Below, piece by piece: positions 19,816-28,913 of a stretch of 64,000 nt of DNA. The notes beneath the pieces were generated by a model, which ran no database searches, was not told where the DNA came from, and saw only the letters and a program-made list of their open reading frames with translations. Position numbers and translations under genes: made by a program. The DNA is taken from NCBI GenBank assembly GCA_016702305.1, contig JADJEH010000001.1:508368-572367 (forward strand), given 5' to 3'. This DNA comes from a bacterium. GTDB lineage: Bacteria; Electryoneota; RPQS01. How positions within the stretch are numbered: the stretch's first letter is position 1; each line of letters begins with the position of its first letter.

Positions 19816-22671
19816 TTGGGGGTCACTATGTCTTTTCTGCTCATTCTTCTAATTGCCTCGTCGTTGTGCGCCGCGCCCATTGACACCGTCTGGACGCGCA
19901 AGTTCGGCACGACACTGACCGACTTGGCGCAAGGCGGCAGCGCAGACCTAAGCGGTGGCTACATCACGACAGGATACTATCAGCATCCTGCTCCGAGCCC
20001 GCGCGGACAGGACATGCTGGTTGTGCGCGTGAACTCATCCGGCGACACCATCTATGCGCGCACCTTCGGCGGCAATTCCTCAGACAACGGTACCGACGTG
20101 CACGTCTCACCGTCCCAGACTCTTATCGCCGGAACCACATCCTCGTTCGGAGCAAATCCCTCCAACTTATTTGTCGTTGCGCTGAATGACAACGGAGATT
20201 CCCTCTGGACGCGCAACTACGACTTCGGCGCAACTGATGTTGCATTCGCACTGAAGCGCTCCGTCTCAGGTGACTACTACATCGGCGGCTACTCAATTGC
20301 ATCCGGCAACTCCAGCTTCTTGTTGTTGAAGATTGACTCCACCGGTAATTTACTATGGTCGGAGACGCTTGGCGGGAGTGGCATTGACTGGGCCTTCGAT
20401 GTTGAGCCGTTAGCCGATGGCGGCTGTTTGATAGCAGGCGGCAGCGCCAGCTTCGGTGCTGGTGCGCCGCCGCGCATGAACGGATGGCTCGTGCGCTATG
20501 ATTCAACCGGTGACACCGTTTGGACACGCACCTACGGCACCGCGGCCCTTGATGAGCGCATCAATGACATCGAACCGACAAGTAATGGCGGTTTCCTCTT
20601 AGCAGGATATCAAGACGATCCATTTGGCGATCTGGATGTCTTTGTCGTCAAGGTTGACTCCAACGGCATCGAAGAGTGGAGCAACGTCTATGGCGGATCA
20701 AGCGATGACGATGCCCTCGGAATTGTTGTTGACTGCGACCGCTACATGGTCGCCGGCCACACAACGTCATACGGAGCTGGAGGTCGCGATGCCTACTTCC
20801 TAACGCTGGATCAAAATGGCGACACGCTATGGACGATGACCTTAGGCGGCACGCTCGATGACATGTTGTACGCAATTCACTCCGGCTGCACGACCGGCGA
20901 GCATCCGGGCTACTATGCCACAGGCCTCACGCGCAACGGCACCAGCGGCCCGCAAGACGCATGGCTCGTCAGGCTTGCCGCCGAACCGCGTCTTGAGTTT
21001 ACGGCGCCTCAACCGTGCGACCGCTTTGTCTTCGGAGATATGATCAATGCGACATGGGATGACGACGGCCTGGAGGGATTCCCTGATGTTTCTCTCGAAC
21101 TGAACCGTGACTATCCGAACGGCGCATGGGAAGTGCTTAACGCATCGTTCGTCAACAGCGGCTCGTTCAGCTTTGCGGCAACATCGCCGGCATCCTACCA
21201 CTGCCGCTTGCGGCTGACGAAACTCGGCGGTGTCTCCGGTCAATGGATCAGCGACGAGTTCTCCGTTGTCCCACCTGGAGCGTTAACTCCGCCGCAGGTA
21301 GACTGGGACAGCAGTTACTTCCAAACCATCATCCGCGACATCGAGTATGTCGAGAGCGACGCCGGATTCGCTTATCCGCTCGGTGCATCCATCACCAAAC
21401 GCGACTCGATCGGCGGATTCCTCTGGGACTACGCGCTTCCTAATCCCGGGAATGTCTATAACTACGGCGCAGCGGATATTGGCGAAATGAACAACGGCGA
21501 CTTGTTAGCTGCGATAACCATGGATTCCGCCGGCACGTCCGATCCATCGTCTATGTTCGTGTTGCGCCTGACTTCAACGGGCAGCGTTTCTCCGCTAAAC
21601 GTTGGAGGAAGGCCGATGGGAAGATCCGCAGTGGCAACGGAAATCCTCCCCGATGCTTCGGGAGGATTCTGGCTATTGGGCAACACCTATCCCGACGGTG
21701 GAGGTTTTGGGCCTCTACCTGCCGTGATTCACTATCCCGACACGAACGTGCCGCAGCTGCTGGATATGTACTTCTGTTCTGCGCAGGGCGCTGCACTCGC
21801 GGACAGCGGCGTTCTGTTAGCGGCATACTCAGGTGATCCCTTTGCATCCGCCGTAAACGTGCATCTTGTCCTGGTCAACGAATCGTACGACACGGTGTGG
21901 ACGCGCACATACGATTTTGGTGGGAACGATACGCCCGAGCGCGTGCTCCGGCATTCAAGCGGAAATCACGTTGTGATGGGGAACACCTCGCCCTTCATCG
22001 GCGGCTCCAACACGGCATTCTTCCTCGAAGTGGATGCCAACGGCGATTCGTTGCGGTCATGGACTTACAGCGAGCGCAATAACGTCGAGCTGCACGGCCT
22101 CGCCGAAGACGGTGACGGCGGAATCATTGCTGTTGGCACCACAAATTTCACGGCCCAACCAAGCGATTTCGTATTGGTGAAGTTCGATTGCGACGGCGCA
22201 ATCATGTGGGAGCAAATCTACGGCGGTGCCAACAGCGAGACGTTCTGGGATGTTGCCGTGACCAATGACGATGGCTACCTTGCCGCCGGATCGCGCTTCT
22301 TCCCGTCGGGGCCGGGACTCGGCGATGACCGAGGCACGGCAGTGAAGTACGGCAGCGAGACATTCTATGTTCCGCCCGCATGCGTCGCGGCGGATAGTCT
22401 CGTGATTCTCCACAACGCAGGTGCGAACTCCAACACGTTGACCTGGGTCGGCCCGGATAACGGCGCATTCTTCATCTACAGCACGACCGATCCGCTGGCC
22501 GTTTACCCAGCGGGCACATGGTCGCTAATCGGCTGCACTGAACCCGGCCCGCCGCCAGCCGCATCCGTCATGAGTTGGACCGACTTCGATCTGTCCCCCG
22601 CACAAAAATTCTACGTCGTCGTCCACGCCTGCAACCAATCCTGCGGCGGCGGCAGCAGCTTGGGCCAGTAA
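19816..22671 (+). CDS. large secreted beta-propeller repeat (SBBP-like) protein
   Basis: Signal peptide MSFLLILLIASSLCA; more than 12 degenerate ~50-aa repeats with D..WTR.YGG...D.A..V....DGGY..AG.T.S.G. consensus; no T9SS tail; 951 aa. Confidence 0.7.
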   Translation: MGVTMSFLLILLIASSLCAAPIDTVWTRKFGTTLTDLAQGGSADLSGGYITTGYYQHPAPSPRGQDMLVVRVNSSGDTIYARTFGGNSSDNGTDVHVSPSQTLIAGTTSSFGANPSNLFVVALNDNGDSLWTRNYDFGATDVAFALKRSVSGDYYIGGYSIASGNSSFLLLKIDSTGNLLWSETLGGSGIDWAFDVEPLADGGCLIAGGSASFGAGAPPRMNGWLVRYDSTGDTVWTRTYGTAALDERINDIEPTSNGGFLLAGYQDDPFGDLDVFVVKVDSNGIEEWSNVYGGSSDDDALGIVVDCDRYMVAGHTTSYGAGGRDAYFLTLDQNGDTLWTMTLGGTLDDMLYAIHSGCTTGEHPGYYATGLTRNGTSGPQDAWLVRLAAEPRLEFTAPQPCDRFVFGDMINATWDDDGLEGFPDVSLELNRDYPNGAWEVLNASFVNSGSFSFAATSPASYHCRLRLTKLGGVSGQWISDEFSVVPPGALTPPQVDWDSSYFQTIIRDIEYVESDAGFAYPLGASITKRDSIGGFLWDYALPNPGNVYNYGAADIGEMNNGDLLAAITMDSAGTSDPSSMFVLRLTSTGSVSPLNVGGRPMGRSAVATEILPDASGGFWLLGNTYPDGGGFGPLPAVIHYPDTNVPQLLDMYFCSAQGAALADSGVLLAAYSGDPFASAVNVHLVLVNESYDTVWTRTYDFGGNDTPERVLRHSSGNHVVMGNTSPFIGGSNTAFFLEVDANGDSLRSWTYSERNNVELHGLAEDGDGGIIAVGTTNFTAQPSDFVLVKFDCDGAIMWEQIYGGANSETFWDVAVTNDDGYLAAGSRFFPSGPGLGDDRGTAVKYGSETFYVPPACVAADSLVILHNAGANSNTLTWVGPDNGAFFIYSTTDPLAVYPAGTWSLIGCTEPGPPPAASVMSWTDFDLSPAQKFYVVVHACNQSCGGGSSLGQ

Positions 22672-22702
22672 ACATGGCGTATCATGGTGGAGAGCCCCCG
22701 CC

Positions 22703-22731
22703 TTGACTTTCCCCCCCAAATTCGCTATATT
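22703..22731 (+). promoter_or_regulatory. near-consensus sigma-70 promoter TTGACT-N17-TATATT for rpmE
   Basis: ccttgactttcccccccaaattcgctatatt ~28 nt upstream of the rpmE ATG. Confidence 0.6.
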
Positions 22732-22758
22732 CCGCGTTCAACTTCGAGGATTTTGTAT

Positions 22759-22974
22759 ATGAAGCCTGACATCCATCCCGCTTATCACCTTGTTACCATT
22801 GAATGTGCGTGCGGAAACTCGTTCCAGACACGTGCGTCCCGTAACGAAAACCCCTGGAAGGTCGAAATCTGCAACGCCTGCCACCCCTTCTTTACGGGTC
22901 AGCAGAAATTGCTGGATACGGCCGGCCGTGTTGATAAGTTTCGCAAGAAATATCAGAAGTTTGCGACTAAGTAG
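22759..22974 (+). CDS. rpmE: 50S ribosomal protein L31 (zinc-binding form)
   Basis: [27 protein letters not shown]....[15 protein letters not shown]...[11 protein letters not shown]; start at internal ATG of ORF 22684. Confidence 0.92.
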   Translation: MKPDIHPAYHLVTIECACGNSFQTRASRNENPWKVEICNACHPFFTGQQKLLDTAGRVDKFRKKYQKFATK

Positions 22975-23058
22975 TCCGCAGCTAAGTCTTTCCAGTAGGC
23001 GGTGTCTCGTGCGAGGCATCGCCTTTTCTGCATTCTGGGGGGTAAAGGAATCCCGTCA

Positions 23059-24093
23059 ATGACCAATAATCCCACAGATTCGTCCGTCAACCGCCAGCAC
23101 ATGTCCACCGAACTGGCCATGGGCGGTCAGGCCCTGATCGAGGGCGTCATGATGCGCAGCCCGCACCGCGTCGCCATGGCCGCCCGCACGCCGGACGGCG
23201 GCATCGCCCTCCGGGCCTACCCCTATCGGCCCATCACCCGGCGCAATAAGTTCCTCGGCCTGCCCATCCTCAGAGGGGCTATCGGCATGGTCGAGGCCAT
23301 GAAAGTCGGGGTGGACGCCCTGAACTGGTCGGCCGACAAATCCACACCCGCCGATGAAAATGCCAAGCCCGCCTCGTTCAAGGACAAGCTGCTCGGCGCG
23401 CTTTCTACGGTGCTCGCGATCAGCCTGGGCGTCGGTATCTTTCTATACCTGCCGTACGTCCTGGCTCGCGTGGTCGTAGGCGGGGAAGAGAACCAGATTC
23501 CCTTCCACCTGATCGCCGGCGGCGGACGGGTGATTGCCCTGATCGGCTATATGTGGATTATCTCGAAGTTCAAAGACATCTTTCGCGTCTTCCAGTATCA
23601 CGGTTCCGAACACAAGACGATCTTCGCCTACGAACAGGGCCAGAAGCTCGAACCGGCCCAAGTCTTGAAGCAGACGCGCTTCCACCCGCGCTGTGGGACG
23701 AGTTTCCTGCTGATCGTGGCCATTCTCGCGATTATCTTCTTCGTGGTCGTAGACTCGATTGTAGTGGCACTGTGGGGACCCTACCGCAACGCCGCCACGC
23801 GCTTGTTGGCCCATCTGCCGCTGATTCCGCTGGTGGCCGGGGTGTCCTTCGAATTCCTGAAGTTTTCGGCCAAGCACGTCCGCAACCCGTTCATCAACGC
23901 CCTGATCCAGCCCGGCCTGTGGCTGCAGCGGATCACGACCAAGGAGCCCGAGGCTCCGATGTGCGAGGTGGCCATTTGTGCCCTGGAAGAGGCTCTGCGC
24001 GACCCGCAGGACAATGTTGAGGTCGAGACCGTCTTTCCGCCCGGCACGCGCCCCCATTCGCGGGCTGCGGCTCCTCTGGCCGCGATGTTCTAA
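23059..24093 (+). CDS. DUF1385 family membrane protein (YqhQ-like)
   Basis: Start at MTNNPTD (RBS AAAGGAA); GGQALIEGVMMRSPHRVAMA, multiple TM helices, HGSEHKTIFAYE motif characteristic of DUF1385; frequently linked to rpmE. Confidence 0.7.
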   Translation: MTNNPTDSSVNRQHMSTELAMGGQALIEGVMMRSPHRVAMAARTPDGGIALRAYPYRPITRRNKFLGLPILRGAIGMVEAMKVGVDALNWSADKSTPADENAKPASFKDKLLGALSTVLAISLGVGIFLYLPYVLARVVVGGEENQIPFHLIAGGGRVIALIGYMWIISKFKDIFRVFQYHGSEHKTIFAYEQGQKLEPAQVLKQTRFHPRCGTSFLLIVAILAIIFFVVVDSIVVALWGPYRNAATRLLAHLPLIPLVAGVSFEFLKFSAKHVRNPFINALIQPGLWLQRITTKEPEAPMCEVAICALEEALRDPQDNVEVETVFPPGTRPHSRAAAPLAAMF

Positions 24094-24193
24094 ACAGTGG
24101 CGCGGGAATTGCGCCGTTCCGTGTGACCAACATCCCTGTCTGTGACGCTCCGCGCTCCAGCGACAACGGGTCCGGTGTCCACGCCGGGGGGGC

Positions 24194-24222
24194 TTGACAA
24201 AGTGTGAAGAGAGTTGTATCTT
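24194..24222 (+). promoter_or_regulatory. sigma-70-like promoter TTGACA-N17-TATCTT
   Basis: ggcttgacaaagtgtgaagagagttgtatcttc ~45 nt upstream of the 24268 start. Confidence 0.5.
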
Positions 24223-24267
24223 CAAAAGTTAGACAATCCATCTGAACTGCCGCAGGCAGGCAAGACC

Positions 24268-24738
24268 ATGAAATATCTGCTGATTTTGATGTTGGGGCTG
24301 GGCCTTTTGGGACCGGCGGCGTTGGCGGGGGACTCGTGCTGCAAGTCCAGCAGCAAGTGTTGCCCGGAAGATCCGTATGCCAATCCGGACTGGGGCTACA
24401 GCTACCGCAACGCGCATTATCTGCCGGACAATCCGCCGGCCGAACTGGAAGCCTTCTGGCACAAGCTGATTCCGATGCTGGAAGCCCGGCACACGGCCGA
24501 GTCGGCCTATCTGCGCGAGTATTCCAAGGAATTGCTCACCTATGCCCGTGATGTTAAGGGTTCGCTGGACGAGGGCACGCGCTATCAGAAGCATTTCTAC
24601 AACGAAGCCGCCGCCGATCTCGTGCGCGCCTGCAAGGAATTGCATGTGCTGAGCTACGGTGCGCCGTCGCCGTCGTTGTATGCCGAGATGCACAAAGTCG
24701 AAGAAGCCTACGTGCGCCTGGCCAACCTGTGTGAATAA
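24268..24738 (+). CDS. small secreted Cys-containing protein of unknown function
   Basis: Start at MKYLLILMLGLGLLGPAALAG (signal peptide) inside ORF 24214; CCKSSSKCC motif; 156 aa. Confidence 0.55.
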   Translation: MKYLLILMLGLGLLGPAALAGDSCCKSSSKCCPEDPYANPDWGYSYRNAHYLPDNPPAELEAFWHKLIPMLEARHTAESAYLREYSKELLTYARDVKGSLDEGTRYQKHFYNEAAADLVRACKELHVLSYGAPSPSLYAEMHKVEEAYVRLANLCE

Positions 24739-24811
24739 GAAAGTCCTTTCGATAATTTCGCAAACTTAGGTCGGGCCTCCGGCCCGACAAGGTCAAGCGA
24801 GACTGGGAAGA

Positions 24812-24842
24812 TCAGCCCGCCCTTTTGGGCGGGCTGATTTGC
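24812..24842 (+). terminator. rho-independent terminator (preceded by a second GC hairpin at ~24770-24788)
   Basis: CAGCCCGCCC-tttt-GGGCGGGCTG followed by ATTTG; upstream hairpin GTCGGGCC-tcc-GGCCCGAC. Confidence 0.6.
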
Positions 24843-24862
24843 TAAGCCTGGAGGCCACGAAA

Positions 24863-27310
24863 ATGTCAACGCGAATTCTATCTGCATTCAATCTTTTGAA
24901 GCGGGTGGGGTTCGCGGTTTTGTTGTATGCGCGTTGCGCCTTTGCGCAGCCCTACGAGCCGACTTATTTGTTGGATGTTACGGGAGGGTACTTGGATTCA
25001 ATTTGCAATCCATGGGATCAAGACGGAGATGGCTTTGAGGATTTTTTCGTCTATGCAGCTTCCGAAGAAGTGCAGGTCGGGATTATTGGCAAGGCTCACG
25101 AGGAGTTAAGGACTTTTGAGTTTGGAAGATTTGACTCGCTGTCGGGTTTGGCTGGTTTGATGCGGCCTTTGATGCGGGATTTACAGTTCCGGCAGGAGAT
25201 GTCAATGGAGATGGGCATGCCGACATCATGCGCACGTTGTGCGTTTGGTACGATGGACTGTGACCTCTATCCCTATTGGGCGGTCCGGGCGTTTCGACAC
25301 CATACCGGACTGGAATGGACCTGTCACAAGTCTGGATCACCAACGTAGGCGACTACAACGGTGATGGCCGTGATGATTATACGAGTCGTCCGTTGAGTGC
25401 GCAGTATTTCGGGTTGTATTTTGGGCAGGAACCGCCGCTGTCGCAGGAGTATGAGTGGGAGCACACTCCCAACCGGAATCACATGGGGTTTGGCGACGTG
25501 AACGGCGACGGGTTCTGGATTTTGGAATGAGCTACTTCATTCACGACTCGCGGATAGAGATGTTCTTGGGCTCGGCGGATGCGACTCCATGCCTTTGGTT
25601 TCTACCAATATGGACCAGACGATCCAGGCCTAATAGAGGCCGGATTGTGGGTGACATTAATGGTGATGGATACGACGACATTGTCGCATACTTTGCCATT
25701 TGAAATGGCGCGCAAGCATGTCTATTACGGACAGCCGAGCTTGATTTTTACTGGGGAAACGGGAATGAAATCGCCGGTTATGTCACACCGCTGGCGCGCG
25801 GACGGATTTGATGACTATGCACTATGACGCCCGAGGTTGGCTGCGGGACCCTCTGAACTCCGGCGTGGATCTGAGTCCACCGAGGCGACCGCCGGTGAAG
25901 GGCGTGGGTGGCTCGGCGCGTGGCGCGCCGGAGCGCACGCGTTGCGGCGGAGGCTCCGGCGGAAATCCCAGCAGCTCGCCTCCGTCCTGGAGATTCCGCT
26001 GGAAGTAACGGGAACGGGAACGCACACGTCACGCTGACCATGCCAACACGCTTGGCGATCGCCACAGTTTTTCGCAAACGGAATTCACGGTCTAACCTGC
26101 GGCTCGAGGGACCCCGCGGAGCGGCGCTCCAAAATTTGCAAGGATACCAAGACGGGGGGCTTCGTGACTTTGACTTCAATCCTAAATCGAATGACATCGC
26201 GCTTCGCTCTATTAGGAACGACGTAAGTATCGCCACTTTCAGGTTGGGGACGAGTTTTCTGGTCGGAGCGCCGGGGGGACGGCCACCCAGTTTTGCGCCT
26301 ATACCTACTATTTCTGGGCGGTCCCGGCGTGTTTGACACGCTTGCAGATTGGGTGGCGACCTGACCACAATGCGATTCACCAACGTAGGGGACTACAACG
26401 GTGAGGCCGGAGATAGTCGCCGTGAGTGCACATTTCGGGTTGTATTTGGGGCGGGCCGGCTGTCCAGGGATGAGGGGCACCCAACCGGAATCACATGGGG
26501 TTGGCGACGTGAACGGCGACGGGTTCTCGGAGGGAATGAGCCCTGGGTGCGGCTCTTTCGGTCCGAAGCAGACTCTGTCCGGTGTTATCCAGCCCAGGAG
26601 AGGTAGGGCAGGATGTTGGCGATGTCAAGGGAGGGTTGACGACGTTTAACACTGTCCTGGTCGGCCAGCGCTGGCCTTGTATCGGGGAATGAAATGGACG
26701 GACCAAGGCTCTGGGGCGATGGATGGCCCAGAGTATGTCACGCCATGGCGACGTCAGCGATGCCTTTGACGACTATGCTTTTACGATAATGAGGCTTGAA
26801 TACCAAATCGAGGTCTGGCTTGGGCGGTAATCCGTTACCCACCGCACCTGCATGGGTTCTTGAGGCCCACGGCATGACTACCCATACCGCATCGGTGAAG
26901 CGGGCGATTTTAACGGAGACGGGATAGATGACTGGTTCTTCTCGGCGTATCACGGTCTCGAAGAGCGTGGCCGCATCATCGTGGTTGCCGGAGACCGCAA
27001 CTTCGGCGTTGCGGCGGATGACAATCCTGCGACAATCCCCGCCGCATTTGTGCTCCATGCCTGTTATCCCAATCCGTTCAACAGCAGTGTGACGATTCCG
27101 CTGGAGGTTACGGGGCCGGAGTCGCAGCACGTCACGCTGACCATTGCCAACACCCTCGTACAGATCGCCTACAGTTTTTCGCAGACGGATTTCACTCCTG
27201 GCCTGCACACGCTGCGCTGGAACGGCAGCGACGCCGCCACTGGACTCTATTTCGTCACCGCACATTCCCATAACGCTCGGCACATACAGAAGATCCTCCT
27301 AATCAAATGA
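24863..27310 (+). pseudogene. decayed FG-GAP/VCBS-repeat protein gene with T9SS C-terminal domain, containing a diverged internal tandem duplication and multiple frameshifts
   Basis: At least 10 short + strand ORFs in all three frames carry pieces of one protein: signal peptide MSTRILSAFNLLKRVGFAVLLYA, FG-GAP calcium motifs (DVNGDGHADI, GDYNGDGRDDY, GDVNGDGF, GDINGDGYDDIV), and a final T9SS tail ..ACYPNPFNSSVTIPLEVTGPESQHVTLTIAN..GLYFVT..KILLIK (26981..27310). Confidence 0.65.
25282..27160 (+). repeat. two diverged tandem copies (~1.07 kb period) of an FG-GAP-repeat plus T9SS-CTD-encoding segment
   Basis: 25335-25525 (caccaacgtaggcgactacaacggtgatggccgtgatgat..catggggtttggcgacgtgaacggcgacgggttctgg) aligns with 26385-26535 with indels; 25995-26060 (gagattccgctggaagtaacggg..cacgtcacgctgacca) aligns with 27085-27150. 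Confidence 0.7.
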
Positions 27311-27363
27311 GGGAAATCATCATGCGGAACATGACATCCTCTGGCGTTGCCCAGACTCGCCCC

Positions 27364-27392
27364 TTGACACATCCGTTCAAATTTCGTATATT
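27364..27392 (+). promoter_or_regulatory. consensus sigma-70 promoter TTGACA-N17-TATATT, ~180 nt upstream of ychF
   Basis: cccttgacacatccgttcaaatttcgtatatt; implies a long GC-rich 5' leader ending in a CTTC/GACTT-rich tract. Confidence 0.55.
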
Positions 27393-27570
27393 AAAGATTG
27401 CCCAAACAACTCGCGGCGGCGTGCGCTGCGCGTGCCCCGAACGCCTGCCTCATTAAAAACAGTCCCTTCCGTTCCGACAATTGTGAGCGTTTAACGCAAA
27501 AACAAGATTTTAGCTTCGTCCCGCTTCCGCTTCACACTTCTGACTTCAGACTTCATACTTTACCCCACCC

Positions 27571-28647
27571 GTGAATATCGGCCTAATCGGCGCCCCGCAG
27601 TCGGGCAAAACCACCGTCTTCCACCTTCTGACCGGCACTGAGCCGGATGCCGCCGCCGCGCACAAGCGCGAAACGCTGCGCGCCATGACGCATGTCCCCG
27701 ACCCGCGTGTGGACAAACTCGCCGAAATGAGCGAGTCGCGTAAAATCGTCTATACCACCGTCGAATACCTCGACACGCCCGGTCTCGAAGAAGGCGCGTC
27801 CAAACAGAGCTGGTTCGAAGGCGTGTTCTCGGGCGAACTCAAGAATTCCGATGCCCTCGGTCTGGTCGTGCGTGGTTTCGAGTTGGATGGGGCCGATGCG
27901 CCTGACGCGCCGCGCGACATTCGCCGCATCCAGGACGAACTCATCTTCAGCGACCTCGTCGTCATTGACAAGCGCCATGAGAAACTCCTAAAGCAGGTGC
28001 GCGTCAAATCGCCGTCCGCGCAGGAGACCATGGAGCTGTCCGTCCTCGAACGCGCCAAAGAGCGGCTCGAGGCCGGGAAGCCGCTGCGCACGCTCGCCCT
28101 CGAGTTCCACGAGAAAAAGGCTCTGCGCGGCTTCCAACTCTTGAGCGAAAAGCCGATGCTCGTCGTACTCAACCTCGCCGAAGGGGACCTGAACCAGGCC
28201 GAAGCGCTCGCCGCCAAACTGACCGCAGAGTTCGCCGCCGACGCCATGGCCGTCATCGGCCTGTCCGCCGGTATCGAAGGCGAAATCGCCCGGCTCGATG
28301 ACGAAGAGCGCGCCGTGTTCATGAGCGATCTGGGCATCACAACCTCCGCCCGCGACCGCGTCCTCCAGGCGAGCTACGCGCTGCTCGGCCTGCAGAGCTT
28401 CCTGACCACCGGCGACAAAGAGACCCGTGCCTGGACCATCCGCGCCGGCGAAACCGCCCTCGACGCTGCCGGCGTGATCCACAGCGATCTGGCCAAAGGC
28501 TTCATCCGCGCCGAAGTTGTCCACTACGACGACTTCGTCCGCGAAGGCGGCTATCCAGGCTGTAAAGGGAAAGGACTGGTCCGCCTCGAGGGGAAAGAAT
28601 ACGTCGTCAAGGACGGCGACATCCTCGTCATCCGGCACAGTGGTTGA
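27571..28647 (+). CDS. ychF: ribosome-binding ATPase YchF (Obg-family GTPase with TGS domain)
   Basis: GTG start; G1 GLIGAPQSGKTTVF, long coiled-coil insertion, C-terminal TGS-like ..FIRAEVVHYDDFV..G....GK.R.EGKEY.V.DGDI. Confidence 0.88.
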   Translation: MNIGLIGAPQSGKTTVFHLLTGTEPDAAAAHKRETLRAMTHVPDPRVDKLAEMSESRKIVYTTVEYLDTPGLEEGASKQSWFEGVFSGELKNSDALGLVVRGFELDGADAPDAPRDIRRIQDELIFSDLVVIDKRHEKLLKQVRVKSPSAQETMELSVLERAKERLEAGKPLRTLALEFHEKKALRGFQLLSEKPMLVVLNLAEGDLNQAEALAAKLTAEFAADAMAVIGLSAGIEGEIARLDDEERAVFMSDLGITTSARDRVLQASYALLGLQSFLTTGDKETRAWTIRAGETALDAAGVIHSDLAKGFIRAEVVHYDDFVREGGYPGCKGKGLVRLEGKEYVVKDGDILVIRHSG

Positions 28648-28670
28648 AAGATACTTCAAGCAACACTCGC

Positions 28671-28704
28671 AAGACCCGCTGATTCGTCAGCGGGTCTTTT
28701 TTTG
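28671..28704 (+). terminator. rho-independent terminator after ychF
   Basis: AGACCCGCTG-attcgt-CAGCGGGTCTTTTTTTG. Confidence 0.75.
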
Positions 28705-28828
28705 CAATGGTTATTTGCGGCGGTCGCGCGCCTTCAACGTTAGCCGGACAAACTGTCCGAAAAGCACGAGCTTGGCAGGAAAATCGGCAGTTCCGCGCGA
28801 AACGATGAAGCAGAATGCGATGTTTCCG

Positions 28829-28843
28829 TGGCATGCACTTTGC
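28829..28843 (+). promoter_or_regulatory. sigma-54 (-24/-12) promoter upstream of pilB
   Basis: TGGCAT-gcact-TTGCG, spacing identical to TGGCAC-N5-TTGC consensus; ~70 nt upstream of pilB ATG. Confidence 0.55.
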
Positions 28844-28913
28844 GAACAATTGGCGTGATGCAAAGGCAATCTCCCGCAACGTTGGAAACGGTAAACAGCA
28901 GGCACAAGCATTC

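Noticed and set aside
24839-24862. TTG start at 24839 for the FG-GAP pseudogene
   Set aside because: The ATG at 24863 with a GGAGG RBS gives a clean signal peptide (MSTRILSAFNLL..). The TTG form would begin inside the upstream terminator hairpin.
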